Assembly: GCA_964276515.1 (NCBI GenBank)
Contig: OZ193909.1
Coordinates: 13,206,001 to 13,270,000 of the forward strand
Direction: 5' to 3'
DNA from: Gordius albopunctatus
Lineage: Eukaryota
DNA length: 64,000 nucleotides
Numbering within the stretch: position 1 is the stretch's first letter; each line of letters opens with the position of its first letter. The notes under the pieces are model-generated. The model ran no database searches and was not told the origin of the DNA. It saw nothing but the letters and a program-made list of their open reading frames with translations. The translations under genes were made by a program, and so were the position numbers. This document shows, in pieces, positions 1 to 14,100 of the stretch.

Positions 1-2459
1 AAAATAATAATCATTAACTTGCCTATCACTTAATTTATTAACCCCCTCAGCCCTCCTAATTAAAAATAGGCTGATCCTATTTAAGATAATTTTATCCAAG
101 TTAGGAATGCTTTTCATTCGTATCATCATTCATTACAAGTAGCATGTTAGTATTTAAAGTTCATTATGTCTATAATAAATGATGATAGGGGCAAAGCAAT
201 TTAATCCTCATAAATATGGGCTAAATTCCATTCGACCCATTCCCCCAGGTAAATCCTTTGAAAAAATGAATAAATGTTAATGTTGATCACCCACCCAAGT
301 AGGTAAAATTAAACTTTGTGATTTTAAAAAGTCAATAAAATTGCTCGTACGATTCTATTTAATGTCCCAAAAGGGGGTGTTGAGTACATAGTGCATCAAA
401 GGGAAGGAGCGGATTAACTTCCCCACAAATAAAATAGATTTATAAAATCATGATAGAGTTTTTCATTGTGGTGAACAGGAAATATACACGTCAAGTTGAA
501 ATATTTGCTGTCTAAGTTGCTAAAAACAGCATTTTGTTCGTGTTTACCGTGAAAAACTCTACCAGAATCTGCAAACAGTTTGGCGCTTGATTTTTTTTTG
601 TTGAACCGTGTAAAAACTTAAACCATTATATTTTAAACAAGAGTTTTTCCGGTTTTAACTATTGTAGAGTAATTTACTGCAAAGCATAAAAATTTCTACC
701 GCCAAATAGTTCTTATTTTTTGAAAAACATTGCCATGAAAGCAAAGGAGGCGTGCTTTGAAGATTGCTCGATCTTTAGCTTTCCAAATGTTCAAATTGTA
801 GCCTTAAGATTATTAATTATTTTGGTTCCTAAGAATTTTTAATACCTTTGATAATGATTGGTAAAGATGATTCTTACAGAAATTATAAGTATTTCAAATA
901 AGTTGCCATAGGCTTCTATGATGACCAAAGATTTTCCAAGGAACATAAGCACTTAACTCCCCCGCAGTGTAAAATCGCATAATTTTTAATAATCCTGCTT
1001 CTTTATTTAATACACTACAACTGAATTTCAGGCAATAGGAACTTCAAAAATTTTTTAAATTGCTTCAAATAAATTAAATCTCAGTTTGACATAAAAAACA
1101 TTAATCGTATTATTCAGGCCTTCATATTTGATAGATATAATACCGATTTAGTTAATTCCAACTAAATTATTAACTTGCATCAAGTATTACAAAGATTTTA
1201 AATTATTCAGATCCGTTACAGATTGTATGCAAAAATTGAGTGAAAAACTTGAAGGTCCTACGCCTAGTTGATGTTGATAGAATTGTCCATTTAATCCAAA
1301 AAGTTAAGTCGAAGTTTTATTTAACAAATTACATCAAATAAATATGGACAATAATTTTTAAAGTTCAGGTATCTTTGTAACTGGGAAAATATAATAATTT
1401 AAATATGAAAGCTACATAGGTGACGAAAGCAATGCCGACATAATATAGTTATCTCATGTATTTTAAAATTAGCTACCAAATAAAGCTGTTAATTTGTCTA
1501 AAAAATGTAATCTGAATTCTGGTCTATTTAGCGCCATCGAAGTATTTGGAGTCATTTTTATCATATATTTCATACTTTTTTTACAATTTATATTAAATAT
1601 TGTTAATAGTAGGATTTGAAGGTTAGTTTATGTAGTAGTAAGAGAAGAGTTATAAAATACGTTGCTCTAATATTTTGTTCTATTGTATGAATCTAGCAAT
1701 AAAAATAAATTTTTTCATCATTCTGACTAACTACGTTTTTGCAAAAAAGGCATCAATTAAAAAACACAAAATTGCACTAAAATAAGTTATTTACGAGGCC
1801 TTAGTCAGAGTTTGGATTCGACCCAATAAAGCGGAGGGTACAATTTTATTCAAAAATTGCTATTAATACATGTCGAGCGTTTTGAATTCTTCCCATTCTA
1901 GTACAACTGCTAGTTTTAAGAAATCGCGTTTTAATTTTCACTTTATATCATCACTCGCTTTTAGCTCCATCATATCAAGTAACAAGTTACAATTAGATAC
2001 TTTGAACTGTAACTGTAGTTGGTCACATTATTTTAGTAACTGTTTAATAAATTTACAGTTCTTCTTCTTCTTTGTCAAGTATTTAATCCCATTGCCGTGG
2101 GGATTGTTTTGATGTGTGTGTCTTCCATGTTTTTCATGGACAAATTATTAGCGGGAATTGCTCATTTTTGTTACTCAGAAAAGTCCTATATTTTTTATGA
2201 TCCTTATAAGCATTGTAAACGCGAGGTCTAACTCAACAGGACGTAGAGTGTTGGTGTCTTGTGAAAACATAGTAATTAATAGCATGATATGCTTTTTTTG
2301 GAAATACATTAAGTTTTTCCATTATATGGCCAGATAACTTAAACAGTAAAACTTACTTACCCATGATGGCAAATTTTTTTAAATTGGTAAAACTTCATAT
2401 AAATAATATATTTAATAATACAGCTTATTTCTTAAATTTTTTCTTAACACCTATATGTA

Positions 2460-2800
2460 ATTTATAATTATACATACACGACTAAAAAATATTAAAAACG
2501 CGCTATAACTAAACGGATGGCATTGATCCGTGTATGGAAATCGTGTTGGATTTAACGATTTCCATTGTGATCTTTTGCCTGATAAAAAAGTATTCTTTGG
2601 GATCGTGTTCGTGTGTAATGGAGGTTATATATTTTGAAATTTGTTTTAGGAATTGGCTGCCCTCGGGACCTAAGTTACTGAGGGTCGTGGCTACTACTGG
2701 TACGAAAATAATATTGCTTAGGTATTTGTATTTATCTTCTTTCTTTCTCTCAGTGGAAGAGATGAGGTCGGGAGAGGCGTTACATAATGAGGTTAAATAA
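2460..2800 (-). mobile_element. 3' fragment of a CRE-type (RLE) non-LTR retrotransposon
   Basis: ORF 2509..2850(-) contains ERKKEDKYKYLSNIIFVPVVATTLSNLGPEGSQFLKQI...IRQKITMEIVKSN. This matches the C-terminal restriction-like endonuclease region of the copies at 14787..15437 and 57985..58266. Confidence 0.7.
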
Positions 2801-2841
2801 AAAAATTTATTTTGATTGATATGGTATATTAAGACAATTGT

Positions 2842-3100
2842 TGACCGCAAATCTTCAAAAATATGTTTTCTAATATTAGAAAATCTTTGTCATATGATAA
2901 GTCTATTTTCAAAAAAAATATAAATTTCAATAGAAAATGTTGATTATGACATTTGTCACCACTGTGACCGCAAATCTTCCCAAAAATATTTTTTCTAATA
3001 GTAGAACATATTTTAGTCATATAATAAGTCTATTTTCAAAAAAAATATTAATTTCAATAGAAAATGTTGATTATGATATTTGTCACCACTGTGACCGCAA
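2842..3100. repeat. ~125-bp tandem repeat, about 2 copies
   Basis: TGACCGCAAA recurs at 2842, 2965 and 3092 with near-identical intervening sequence (ataagtctattttcaaaaaaaat...gttgattatgayatttgtcaccactg). Confidence 0.85.
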
Positions 3101-3275
3101 AAATTCACAAAAATATTTTGAAAGGGTTAAAAAGGGCTTTCCGGCCCCCCCCCCGGGTGAGAAAGAGGGTAAAAATAATAAGAGGGGCACCCCCCCTCTC
3201 CCCGACATCAAAAAGAGGGTAAATATTTCTAGAATAAAGACATTTTATCTGCATTATGAACATTATCTGGTATAT

Positions 3276-3549
3276 GGTGGCCCGTCAATATGCCGAAAAC
3301 CATCTTGCCGAATTGAATGTCCCAATGTTCAATAATGTCCCCCATTTCGAAAATGCCCCCCAACAAAAAAGCCTATTAATCATTCATTTTGAGATTAAAG
3401 TTAAAATTTAGGTATATTTTAAAATATAATTGATATGATTATTATAAAAGGTACTCAATTTAGGGTTTATTTTATGATAATGAGGAGATGGTCGTTAATG
3501 TCCCAAGATGAATTGGGCAAGATTGTGTTGGGCGAGTTGGTAGGGCACC
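3276..3549. mobile_element. Mutator-like MITE
   Basis: Termini GGTGGCCC...GGGCACC with imperfect subterminal inverted repeats. Flanked by ctggtatat/atggtatat, a 9-bp TSD with 1 mismatch. Confidence 0.55.
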
Positions 3550-4432
3550 ATGGTATATGTGTGGTCAGACTACTGAGATAACCTGCGCCATTCATTGGTA
3601 TAAATGAGGATATTGTCCTATAAATTCTTGCATCTTATTCTAACGAAAAAAAATTTATTATCTTAATTGGTTGAAAGAGGCTCTATTTGAATAGATTAAT
3701 TAAAGATACAAATATCCCTAATCCAATGTAAAATTTATTAAATTTCCCGATTTATATAATATAAAAAATCTAGTCGCTATAATTTTACACCCGATCACTA
3801 ATACACAAATTTGCCTTTATTCAGATTAGAGGAAAACAAGCAAATTAAGGAAAATACGTTAATTTATTATATAAACTTTTTGATTCTTCATCCTTAGCGT
3901 CAAGAGGTCGAATCAACTTGCATGGCATTTTTTAATCTTGCAAAACTGGAAGGACCTGATGAATGCACCCTAGAACTGAAAGCATTTTAAAATTTTCAAC
4001 CCGAATCAGAAAATATTTTTAAAAATTTTCAACCCAAGACCGATCTGGCCCGAAATCGTAAATTTTTTTAAACAGAATCCCTCTCGAACGCTTTTCAAAT
4101 TTTATTATCCGACGCGACATTAAGAAAAATTACTGTTTGTAAAATTAAATCGACAAATTAGAGTGCGATTTACGAAACTAATTGATACCACAGATTTTGA
4201 TTACTCAATTAATGCGAATGATTTATTATAGTGATGTAAAAATGTATGTATATGCATGATTGCCGCGAAGATGTATAAATATGATAGCATCTACAATATC
4301 GAGTCACAATTAATTTGCAATATATTATAACATTGCAAATGAACCATTTAATAAAACTTACTATTATTATTTTGGTTTATCAATATGTATTTTTGTAGTT
4401 TAAATTAATAATAATCAACTACAACTTCGCAC

Positions 4433-4785
4433 CATGGCCGTAGCTAGAGTTGTTAAATTGCTAACTTTCTTCAAACTCCAGACGCGAGCACGCACACTGA
4501 GTTGCTTAATATGCACGTTAGCACAATATATGCTCGCTTTTGGTGCACCAGGCAGAGCAGTAGCATATAAAAATGCTCGAGGGCCGAGCAGAAACTCGAG
4601 CATATGGTACCTGGAGTTGAAGAAAGTTAGCAATATAACAACTCTAGCCGTAGCCAGGAGGGGGTGCAGGGGTGCAGCCCCTCGATTGACGAAAAAATTA
4701 AGAAAATTCATGTTTTGCCCTCCCTAATTGAACTTTTAAACGTTTTGGCCCGCCCCCCTTAACCCAAAACCTCGGTACGCCCATG
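4433..4785. mobile_element. hAT-type MITE (CATGGGCGTAGCC family) carrying a nested insertion
   Basis: Ends catggccgtagc...tacgcccatg with G/C-run internal sequence shared with other family copies. Interrupted by the element at 4445..4646. Confidence 0.75.
4445..4646. mobile_element. ~202-bp hAT-type MITE (TAGAGTTG family), copy 1
   Basis: TIR TAGAGTTGTTAAATTGCTAACTTTCTTCAAACTCCAG with its inverted counterpart. Perfect 8-bp TSD GCCGTAGC. Confidence 0.9.
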
Positions 4786-5726
4786 CTTCACTCACAGACA
4801 CTATATAAATACAACTTAGAATGTTGATATATTTTACCTTTCACGAGTCAAATATAAATTTGCGTCCAAATCAAAACAATCCGATTTAAATAAACAAAAT
4901 GAATTTAATTAAATGAATTAATGATCTTTAATTATACATATAACATTGATTTAAAAGATATGTCTCGTGTATATTGCAATGCAAGATTCATAAGTCATAA
5001 CCTTTGACCCGACACTTTAAAATACAACTCGAGCGGACTCAAAAGCATTTTAAAATTTTAAACCTGAAGTCATTTCAAAGTTTTCAACCCAAACCCGACC
5101 ATAACAATAATGGTTATTTAAATATCTATGCTACCATAATTTTCCTAAATTTTATTTTATCAAATTTAATGTACAACTAAGGTCGAGCGCCTTTCCAGTC
5201 TCTACAAATTAATATTTAATAAATAGCGCAGGCGGATATTATCCTGAATGTAATGTCTATTGAAATCGAATCATTTTAATATGAATATTTGATTAAATTG
5301 TATGGATAAAATTTTTTAATAAGTCAAGGAATAACTTAAATGTAACAAGTTCCTGTAGGTAAGTAACTGAAACTGTATTCAGTTATTTCAAAAAATTGAA
5401 CTGTAACCGTAATTAGTTACATAATTTTACAAGTAACTGTTTACCCTAACTTGTTCCCGTGGAATAATAACTCTATAACAGCTCTACTCGCTTTTTTGGT
5501 TTGCATGTTTTAAAAGAAGATCCTTTGGTAAAAAATTCATTTTTAAATGCACAATAAATATTAAGTGAGCTGTTCCTGTGCGTTCTTTTTATGCATTTTT
5601 TACTTCACAGTCAATATATTTGGGGTTATTTAATATTTAAATATGGCTATCAAATTAAGAGGTTTCTTTAAAATTGAAATATTAATAATTTCCTAACCCA
5701 TACCAATCGATTCGATGTCTCTCATG

Positions 5727-5928
5727 TAGAGTTGTTAAATTGCTAACTTTCTTCAAACTCCAGACGCGAGCACGCACACTGAGTTGCTTAATATGCGCGT
5801 GAGCACAATATGTGCTCGCTTTTGGTACACTAGGCAGAGCAGTAGCATATAAAAATGCTCGAGGGCCGAGCAGAAACTCGAGCAGGTGGTAGCTGGAGTT
5901 GAAGAAAGTTAGCAATATAACAACTCTA
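5727..5928. mobile_element. ~202-bp hAT-type MITE (TAGAGTTG family), copy 2
   Basis: Near-identical to 4445..4646. Perfect 8-bp TSD CTCTCATG. Confidence 0.9.
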
Positions 5929-6708
5929 CTCTCATGCAAAGATATATCCTGAACTATAATCAAACTTTCCATCTTACAATAAAACTAGAATTTCACACAA
6001 TCGCACACGATAAAAGTTTTATTGAATGTCTCGAATAATATAAAAACGATATTCTCTAACAACGGTAAACAAACCTTGCTAAATAAAATGAATTCGGTGT
6101 GATCACTGATAATAAAAGTAGCTAAATAAAATAATGCCCGCATCTTTCTAATATATTGTTAAAAATGGGATCACAATTGGTGGAAGGTGAATAATAAAAG
6201 GGGAAGATTCAATACACATATTAAGTTATAATGCGACGAAAAACTTAAATTGCATTTAGAGCGCTCAGAATTTGCAATAAAATTTGTGTTTGTGATGTAA
6301 TTACGATAGAATGGAACGGTTCAAATCTTTCAAATTCCATCGTGGCAAACGTGTTGTGACTCTATATAAAGATGTGAGGGTTTTATGCCCGTTTCAGTTT
6401 GGAATCCTAAAGTGATCACTTGAAAATCGTGAAAGTCAAAGTAAAACTATCAGCGAACACTAAATAAAAATGATTTAATACCACTTCCAAATCCAGCGAA
6501 TTTCCTTGGAAAATTTCGTTCGATATTATATAAAACCAGAAGCATTCATAAGTATCCAAACCAATTTTGGCTGGTACAACTAAATGTCAAATAAAATGAT
6601 TTGTGTTTCATATAAAAACAAAAGGGTTCTACGCAACGCATCATCAATAAACAACTAAACACGGTTGGTCAGTAGCCTTGTGGACTATAGCAATCCAAGC
6701 ACAATTTG

Positions 6709-9700
6709 TCAAATAGTGTTTTTGCCCAATTGGTAAGCCGTGGCGAGGAGGGAAAGAAGAAAAGCGGCGAATTCGATACTAGAGATTACGGTGGCCGACC
6801 ATTCATAATTGAGAGTGACCGTTAAGCATCCACCTAATATGGGACCAATAAAGGAACCCAACGCCAGGGCGGACGTGTAAAGGCCCGAAACCAGGGCGTG
6901 GGGTGGAGTTGAGTTAGTGTTCGAGTCCGTAGCTACGGCCATTATATCGGCGAAAGTAACTACTACCACGCAGCCCAGAGCGGCTCCCATTAAAATTTGC
7001 GCCGAACAAACGGTGGCCAAAAGTCGAGTTCTATCCATCCCAATCGCCCGTTGAGTTATGCTGGAAAAATTGAAGAGGGGAGACGGGCCCGAGGCTAAAA
7101 GCCCTAGGGCGGATAGGGCGCAGGCTGAACAAAGGAGAGCCCGCCTAAGCTTGGGACCGGCGAGGTTTGGGTAATCCATCAAACGGCCCAAAAGCATGGC
7201 GGAGAGAGCGTAAGTAGCGGACAAAGCTACGAATATAGCGCCGACCCCGCCAGTAGTTAGGCCCAGACGGCGAGCCCTGAGGTGAGGTTCTAGTGTAGGG
7301 TCGACGAAACCAACGGAAAGGGCTCCTACCACTAGTACCATGTAATCGAGCCACACCGTAGGGCTGAGCTTAAATAAGTGGACAAAGGCTAGGGATCGGG
7401 AGAGGATTCGCGGTTGTGGTGGTTGCAGTATTCGTACCTGTCGTATATGTGACGTATTATCTAAAGATTATATTATTCCTATAATTCTATCTTTTAATAT
7501 TGTAAGCCAAAGCCGAGTTGGTAAAACCCCCATTTTCTTTTGTTTGATTATTCCCTAACCCTGGCCCTATTATTTAATAAAGATTCAAAATATAATAATC
7601 CTTCTTCTTATTCTATTTATTCCTTCATAACTATTTCTTATTAATGTATTTAGAAGTACCCTTTCTGCATTTTGTTCAGCTAGGATCGCGCATTTTTCGC
7701 TCCTCTCTGAGCAAGCTTCGTTAATGGTCGGTAGGTGGGGGTAATCTCCGTCGATATCTAAAACGTTATCGAAGATAGGACTTAGAAATGGGTGATTATA
7801 ACGAGTGATAAGATATATGTTTAACCGGCTTAATGTGAATATAAGCGTAGTTAAATAATGTCGAAGTGTTTAGTGGTATTATATTATAATCGATTGATTT
7901 TAAATCCTATAATATACCAAGATATGATGTTCAAAGATCAAGAGCTTCGAAACAATGTTAGTAGACGGTGCGAGACAATGTCATATTGCTACAAAAACTA
8001 TTGAATGGTCAAATTTATACTGTTTATTATTACAGTTATTAAACGAATAAAAGATAACACTTAATAACGATTAATTAAGGGGGTATTTTGTACCAGAGAT
8101 AGGGGGTAGGAGATAGATCGCCGCAAGGAGTAGCATCATAAGGCTCATCGACACACCCAAAAATGGTAGCATATACCCTCCCACCTTCAAAAACATACAA
8201 AGTGTGGTGAAGGCATTCATCTAAAAACCTCGACCTGTTAATGTCTCGTCCAATTATGATTAAACTGCTGTTACGAATGTGTGCAACAATTGTTGGTTGC
8301 CATGAAATATTTTAAAAAGCCATGCATATTGAAACATAGGATGTATTCAAAGATTTTCGATTCCTTAATTAATCTAAAGTGTAAACATTTTCTATACATT
8401 TTTGCACCAAAAACTAGTGCAAAAATCGAACTGACGGATGGTTTAACATTTTGTTTACAATTCTAATCAATATTTTATTACCATATACAGGACGCCTCCA
8501 AAAGCGGGGCCAATGGCAAATCCCAACCCAGCGAACGTTTCCAAAATTCCCTGCAAAAAAGTCAAAAAACTCATATTAATTATGCTTGCGAAAGCTAAAA
8601 AATCTTGCGTTTTATACAGACTTGACGCCTCGCTTAGAAAATCATGAAAATCTTTCACGAAAACAATGTTGGTAACGTCCTTTGTATATCATTCTCATTA
8701 CATTTTAACGCAATACTAATACATTTAAAATTATCCACGCTATGACATAAACATAATTGATGAGCCAAAGGTTTCAAAGCTGTTAGTTATATCTATGAAA
8801 CTTATGCCAAATTCGCCACCACTTTGTTTACAATAAACGAGTCTTTGAAATTTTCGCGCACAAAAGTATTCGACAAAGGCACTTGAATCAAAATGCTGCT
8901 CGTCTTCTTTGGTCCTTCAATAAAACTTTGTCTTTTAACTTTCTTATCATCAATACTTTGCAATTTTGAAACTAAAAAGATTAGTAAATATTTGCGACCA
9001 AAACTTCGGCTAATAAATGAGGTAGGGAAGATCCAAGCACGGCACTAGCCTTAAATCATTTTTTTAACTTTAACACTAGGCATATAAATTTATTTTATCA
9101 ATAATTTTATTCCCTATTAATCTGTAATTCAAAACAAAGAAAAGTTCAATAAATAGTACCCTCTTAAAAATTAATAAGAGGCTACTTGTATGATATGTAT
9201 AAAAATATTATTAAAAAAAAATACAATTTTAAAATGATTATATATACAGGAAGGAGGGACTGGAGTTTAAAAGCTACATTAGATGGTAAGTTGTCTTGTG
9301 TTTGCTTCGGGCCGGACTCGGGTCAGGCTGGCCCATCATGCCCGATTATTTTACGAATCGTTAATTGAGCCCGGCCCGAAATAGACTTTAGCCAGATCGG
9401 GCTTCAGGCGGCCCGTGCAGGGTTCTAGAGATGGCCAAACAAAATTCAGAGTTAAAAATTACCAACTAAAATTTGAAGTAATTTTTTAAATTCAATTAAA
9501 ATTTTTTTATTCGCAATCTAAGATTAGGCGGTCAATTTTAATTCTTAGGGTTTCGGGTCTAGTTAAATCGGGCTATTTAAAATTCTAGCTTAGAACAGCT
9601 TTAATTAAATCTTAATTTACACCCAAACCGCATTCATCAAACTAAGCCCCCCCCACTGATATCTAAAGCCATCCAAATTTAAATATGCCCCTATAAATAT

Positions 9701-12700
9701 AACTTTCGGGTGAAAAAAGGGGGCAAAATCTTACAATTTGTGTGAACTTTTTCTTAACTATAAACTGGAGAAGCTTTGTCAAAAACGAATGAATGAATAG
9801 TGTTGTAAAAAGAGCTGGGTTTTGTTTGGTCGACCCTTGAAACATAAATAGACCAAAAGTTTGACCAAAAAACCTCCTTTGGTCTGTTTGTGCGACTAAG
9901 AAAAATAGAGTCAAACAGAAACAGCTAATCTACCCAGCCCTTTTTACGACACTACAAATGAATAAACGAGATATTAGTTATTTTGAAATGAGACACAAAA
10001 CTGACTTACGAACACGACGCCCACATTGTCGGGATATATGTTGAGGGTAAATAAATAGGAAGAAGTTAGGTAGGCGGCGCATCCCAGCCCTTGGAGGGTG
10101 CGAAGGGCGAAAGTGACGCATACGAACAGAGCTGAGTTATTGGTGGGGAGGTAGGTTGTGAATCCGAAAGCGAATATGGCTATAGCATTCACCCCTATCC
10201 CCACGAGGTACAGTCGCTTAACTCCGATCTTGTACATCTAAACAACGTTGCGTGATGATAACGGACAAAATGCATAATTAATTTTGACAAATCCTATATA
10301 AACCCATCATTTTAATTAATTTATTTGCTGAAAAATAGTAACTAAAATAATGTTATTCTTCAAATATATCATGTGACAAAGTCAAATTTGACTCTCAGGT
10401 TTACTTGGTTATTATTACTAAATATAATACCGATGTTTGGTACAAAGTAAAATAAATAGTACCTGTTGTATATGTCCAATTAATTTTTTGAAGTAATCTA
10501 ATTAGTGGTGGGAATAAACTAATACCAGTCAAAGTAGCAGAATGATGATATTAGAATTAAATCTCAAATGGGGAGGGAATTTCTGATGTATTCCTGACCC
10601 TAACCAAGTACTGCATAATTATAGGTTATAACTTAAATTCTATGTAAAGACTTGACCAATCTTGATGAATTCTGACGATATCTGACCAATTTGGCTGCTA
10701 TTTTTCTGCTACTTTGACTGGGTGCCTGAATAAACGGTTAATAAATTATTTATCGTCTGCGGGAGATGCCTAATTAATGGCTTGTTAAGACGAATATGTT
10801 AAAGGCATCCCTCATGCAATTTGAGAAGTGCATCCACAGGGTTTAAATAGCTGGATTTTTACCCTGAATTTAATTATATATTTTTTTCTACTTAGAACTC
10901 GTTTGTCCTGCTGCAACTATCTCCGAATACCCGAGACCGCCCCTAACCCAATATCTTCATTAGTCCTTACACATCACCCAATCTCGCCTATTTTTCGCAC
11001 TCATATTTCCCTCCGCCCATCGTCTACCTTTATATCCAAAATATCATTATCCTACCGATTTAATTAAATAACATTATACCGCGGATACGTCCATTGGTCA
11101 TACGCTATTTTATTTGTTTGACAATAAACCAGAACTACTAAATTGGTAGCCCGATTAGTAAAGTACCCATCATGGGCAAGCAAAGAAAAAAGAGGAAAAC
11201 ATCATTGCTGCCCACGGTAAATTAATAATGTTTTATTTTAGTAAAATATTAGTGTAAATTTAACAATGCATTATTCTGCCACCCTGAATCATTGTGGTAT
11301 TTGCTTCAATGCTTCTATCATGGGCGTAGCCAGGGGGGCGGGCCCTGACAGAAAAAACAATTTGAATACAGAACCCCCCCCCCCCAATTAAGCATAAAAC
11401 ATCTTCACCCCCCCCTAATCCAAAAACCTGACCACGCCCATACCTTCTATGAAATCGTGGCTATGTGGAGACTTAGGATAATAAATAATAAAAGCTATTA
11501 ACCTGTTGTTGATAAAATACCGTTACTAATGAATTTATAATGTCATAATGCTTGCAAAAGTGTCAACTTCACAATTTTTGATAGTTTGGGAAAGATTATA
11601 TCAATTGCATATTTTTATCCCACACAGGCAGCCCAAAGCCCATACAAACAAAAATTGATAAAATAATGAGACCTAGGGCTCAGTTCTTAATGCCAATTCT
11701 GGGATGGAACAAACTTAAAGATGATCAGACATAAAGCAGTGAATTAAGTTCAGAGTCTTGGAAAGTAGTGAAATATAGAATTTATTTAATAAAAAATATG
11801 TAATCCTAGATACATTATTTGGTTAAATTTATCTTTAAATACAGTTTATAATAACCATAATAATGGTCAAGCCATTTAATTGATGCTTGTCCAAACAGTC
11901 TTTAATGATATGTGGATTAGAGATCTGCACTGGCAGGCCCGACCCGCGGGCAGGTACGGACGGGCTTAACAATTGAGATTTTTTTAATGGGCCAGAGATT
12001 ATATAAACAGTCATACAATTATATAAATATATAGATTATTATGTGCTTAATTTTTTTAACCTCTAATTTTTGTATATCCTCTAGCATTCATTCGTTTTTC
12101 AAGCGCTAAATTTGACTTTAAAACATTTTTATCTTATTTTCTACAGATTTTGTACATAATTCAAGATTATAGCTTCGTATATTCTTTTAAAAGTTCAATT
12201 ACTTGCTTAGTTACAATGCACCAAAATTTTATCACAAATTTTTATTGGTATAATTATTATTAAGGCCATATAATTTATGTTTTTTTATGAACATGTCAAA
12301 AAATAAAATAAAATTTTTTGAAATTTTTTATGAATTGCGCCGGGGGTGGAGTTCTTTTAAAAAAATTATACGGGCTTGGGCAGGCCTGACGTTTTAAAAA
12401 CGGCCCATTGCAGATCTCTAATGTGGATATGAAGATAAAAAGGGAGGGGCAAAATGATAATTAGAACTCTGAACATTCAATTTATTTAATAGTATTCAAA
12501 TTTAGGAAAGGCCGGCGGAGCTACATCCATTTAAAATAATCAATTAATTGATAGTTAATTTGAGGATGTAATATCAAATGAATGTAGTTTAAATTACGTA
12601 AAGTCCCAAAAAGGGTGACACCAAAAATTGAATTCCTTGAAATGTTCCAAAAATGGCACCTACCCAAAATTTGTTGACTCCTTTCTTTTCAGCCTATATT

Positions 12701-13238
12701 AAAATGTAAAACAGTAATGTTAAAAAAGTTATCATTTCCAAAAATTCCTTATTAATCTATAATAACAAATAAAAGTAATATTTATAATCTTAAAGTATTT
12801 AAATCATACCTCTGTGGGGAAAAAAGGCCCAATGATGGAAAAGCAAGTAGCTGCAGAGAAATCTACTAAACAAAGTGTTATCATACCAAGGAGTCTTTTA
12901 TATGATCGTTTTGTATTTGACTGGCTAAGAGATTTAAAAGTATTTGATTCAATACCATTAGAGGGAGATAGTTGATGGGAACTATTTTCGGTATATAGTT
13001 TAGTATTTATGCTTCCATATCCATTTGTATAATATTGATTAGCTAATTTATCCTCATATGTAGACTGAAATTTGTAAAAATCATTATTAAAATGATTTAA
13101 GAAGGGATCATGATAAGTTTGTGATTTATTGATTTTAGGGCCTAGCTTTGTCTCTACAGGTTCATAAAATTTTTGGGCTGAAGGGCTAACAAGAGTCTTA
13201 TTTTGATAAGCTTGTTTTGAATTTATTATCATCTTCAT
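6709..13238 (-). CDS. SLC18B1: MFS-type transporter SLC18B1-like (vesicular amine/polyamine transporter family), 7 coding exons, ~579 aa
   Basis: Exons (minus strand): 13238-12810, 12693-12598, 10237-10010, 8550-8482, 8184-8094, 7757-7660, 7437-6709. All introns GT-AG and phase-consistent (1740 nt). Motifs: CFSIIGPFFPTEAEKKG, LRTLQGLG, GILETFAGLGFAIGPAFGG, GFVDPTLEPHL, VSGLYTSALALGSFIGPILGG. Probable 5'UTR intron 13276..13455. Confidence 0.88.
9798..9954. mobile_element. hAT-type MITE (TAGTGTTGTAAAA family)
   Basis: TIR TAGTGTTGTAAAAAG / CTTTTTACGACACTA, imperfect 8-bp TSD tgaatgaa/caaatgaa. A related copy lies at ~61383..61836. Confidence 0.6.
10525..10721. mobile_element. MITE with CCAGTCAAAGTAGCAGAA TIRs
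   Basis: Inverted repeat ccagtcaaagtagcagaa / ttctgctactttgactgg. Superfamily not determined. Confidence 0.6.
11319..11442. mobile_element. hAT-type MITE (CATGGGCGTAGCC family)
   Basis: catgggcgtagccag...accacgcccata. TSD gcttctat/ccttctat. Confidence 0.8.
11918..12420. mobile_element. hAT-type MITE (TAGAGATCTGCA TIR)
   Basis: 12-bp TIR TAGAGATCTGCA / TGCAGATCTCTA, perfect 8-bp TSD ATGTGGAT. Lies in SLC18B1 intron 2. Confidence 0.9.
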
Positions 13239-14100
13239 TTTCTATTAAGTGTCTTTTAAATTATTATTTGATTATCTAAATATTAAGTTAAAGAAATATG
13301 AAAAGGAATTTATGTTGAGTTTATAACATATTATTTATGTATACAAAAGTTAGCCTCCATATTATTAGATTTCATTATTAAAAAATTTTAAAGTTTTACA
13401 CCAATCATAAATTTACAACTCCTAAATTATAACATAAGAAAAGTATAGGTCTTACCGTCGAATCATGCCCATATAGAAATAAAACAATTTTAAACTCTAT
13501 TGATAACAAAATAATATAACTTAGAGAAAATTGAATATTTAAATTTAAAAACTAATAAAAATCGACTTAAATAAAGCATTAGGGTACATTACATTTTAAA
13601 AAGTGGACAAGGGTTTCTTTTCAAAATTCCAAATTTCAAAATTCCAAGTAACCACTCATTATTACCACTTTTATCCCCAAAATTTTGGATTCGCTTTAGA
13701 AATTATATTGACGCAAAGAAAACAACAACTTTATTGAAAAGAAAATTATTATTTTACGAATTACAAAACTGGTAAAAATCTCATATATAGCTTAGATGCC
13801 GCAAAACTAGATGTTCGGGCGAAGCTATAAAACATGGGAATACCTATTTTAACATTCAAATATCCCACATACAAGTATAAATTTTTGGCATAAGTTATAA
13901 TATATATTTTAACAGGCTTAAGACAAAACTTCTCCATAACCCAATCACTTAATGACAGTTCTAACATATCAAGTAATTTAACCTTAATTTATAATTTTAT
14001 ATGGTAGTAATTGGTACAAATTCAACCATGGCTTCAAGCTCTTTAACAAACTCTAACATACCAAGTTAATGCTCCACAGATTCTAACATAAAAAGTAGTG

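Noticed and set aside
600..1400. Possible decayed transposase coding sequence
   Set aside because: All frames examined are interrupted and no recognisable motif was found.
4415..5972. ORFs 4415..4711, 4434..4727 and 5682..5972
   Set aside because: Chance frames across copies of a palindromic MITE with TSDs.
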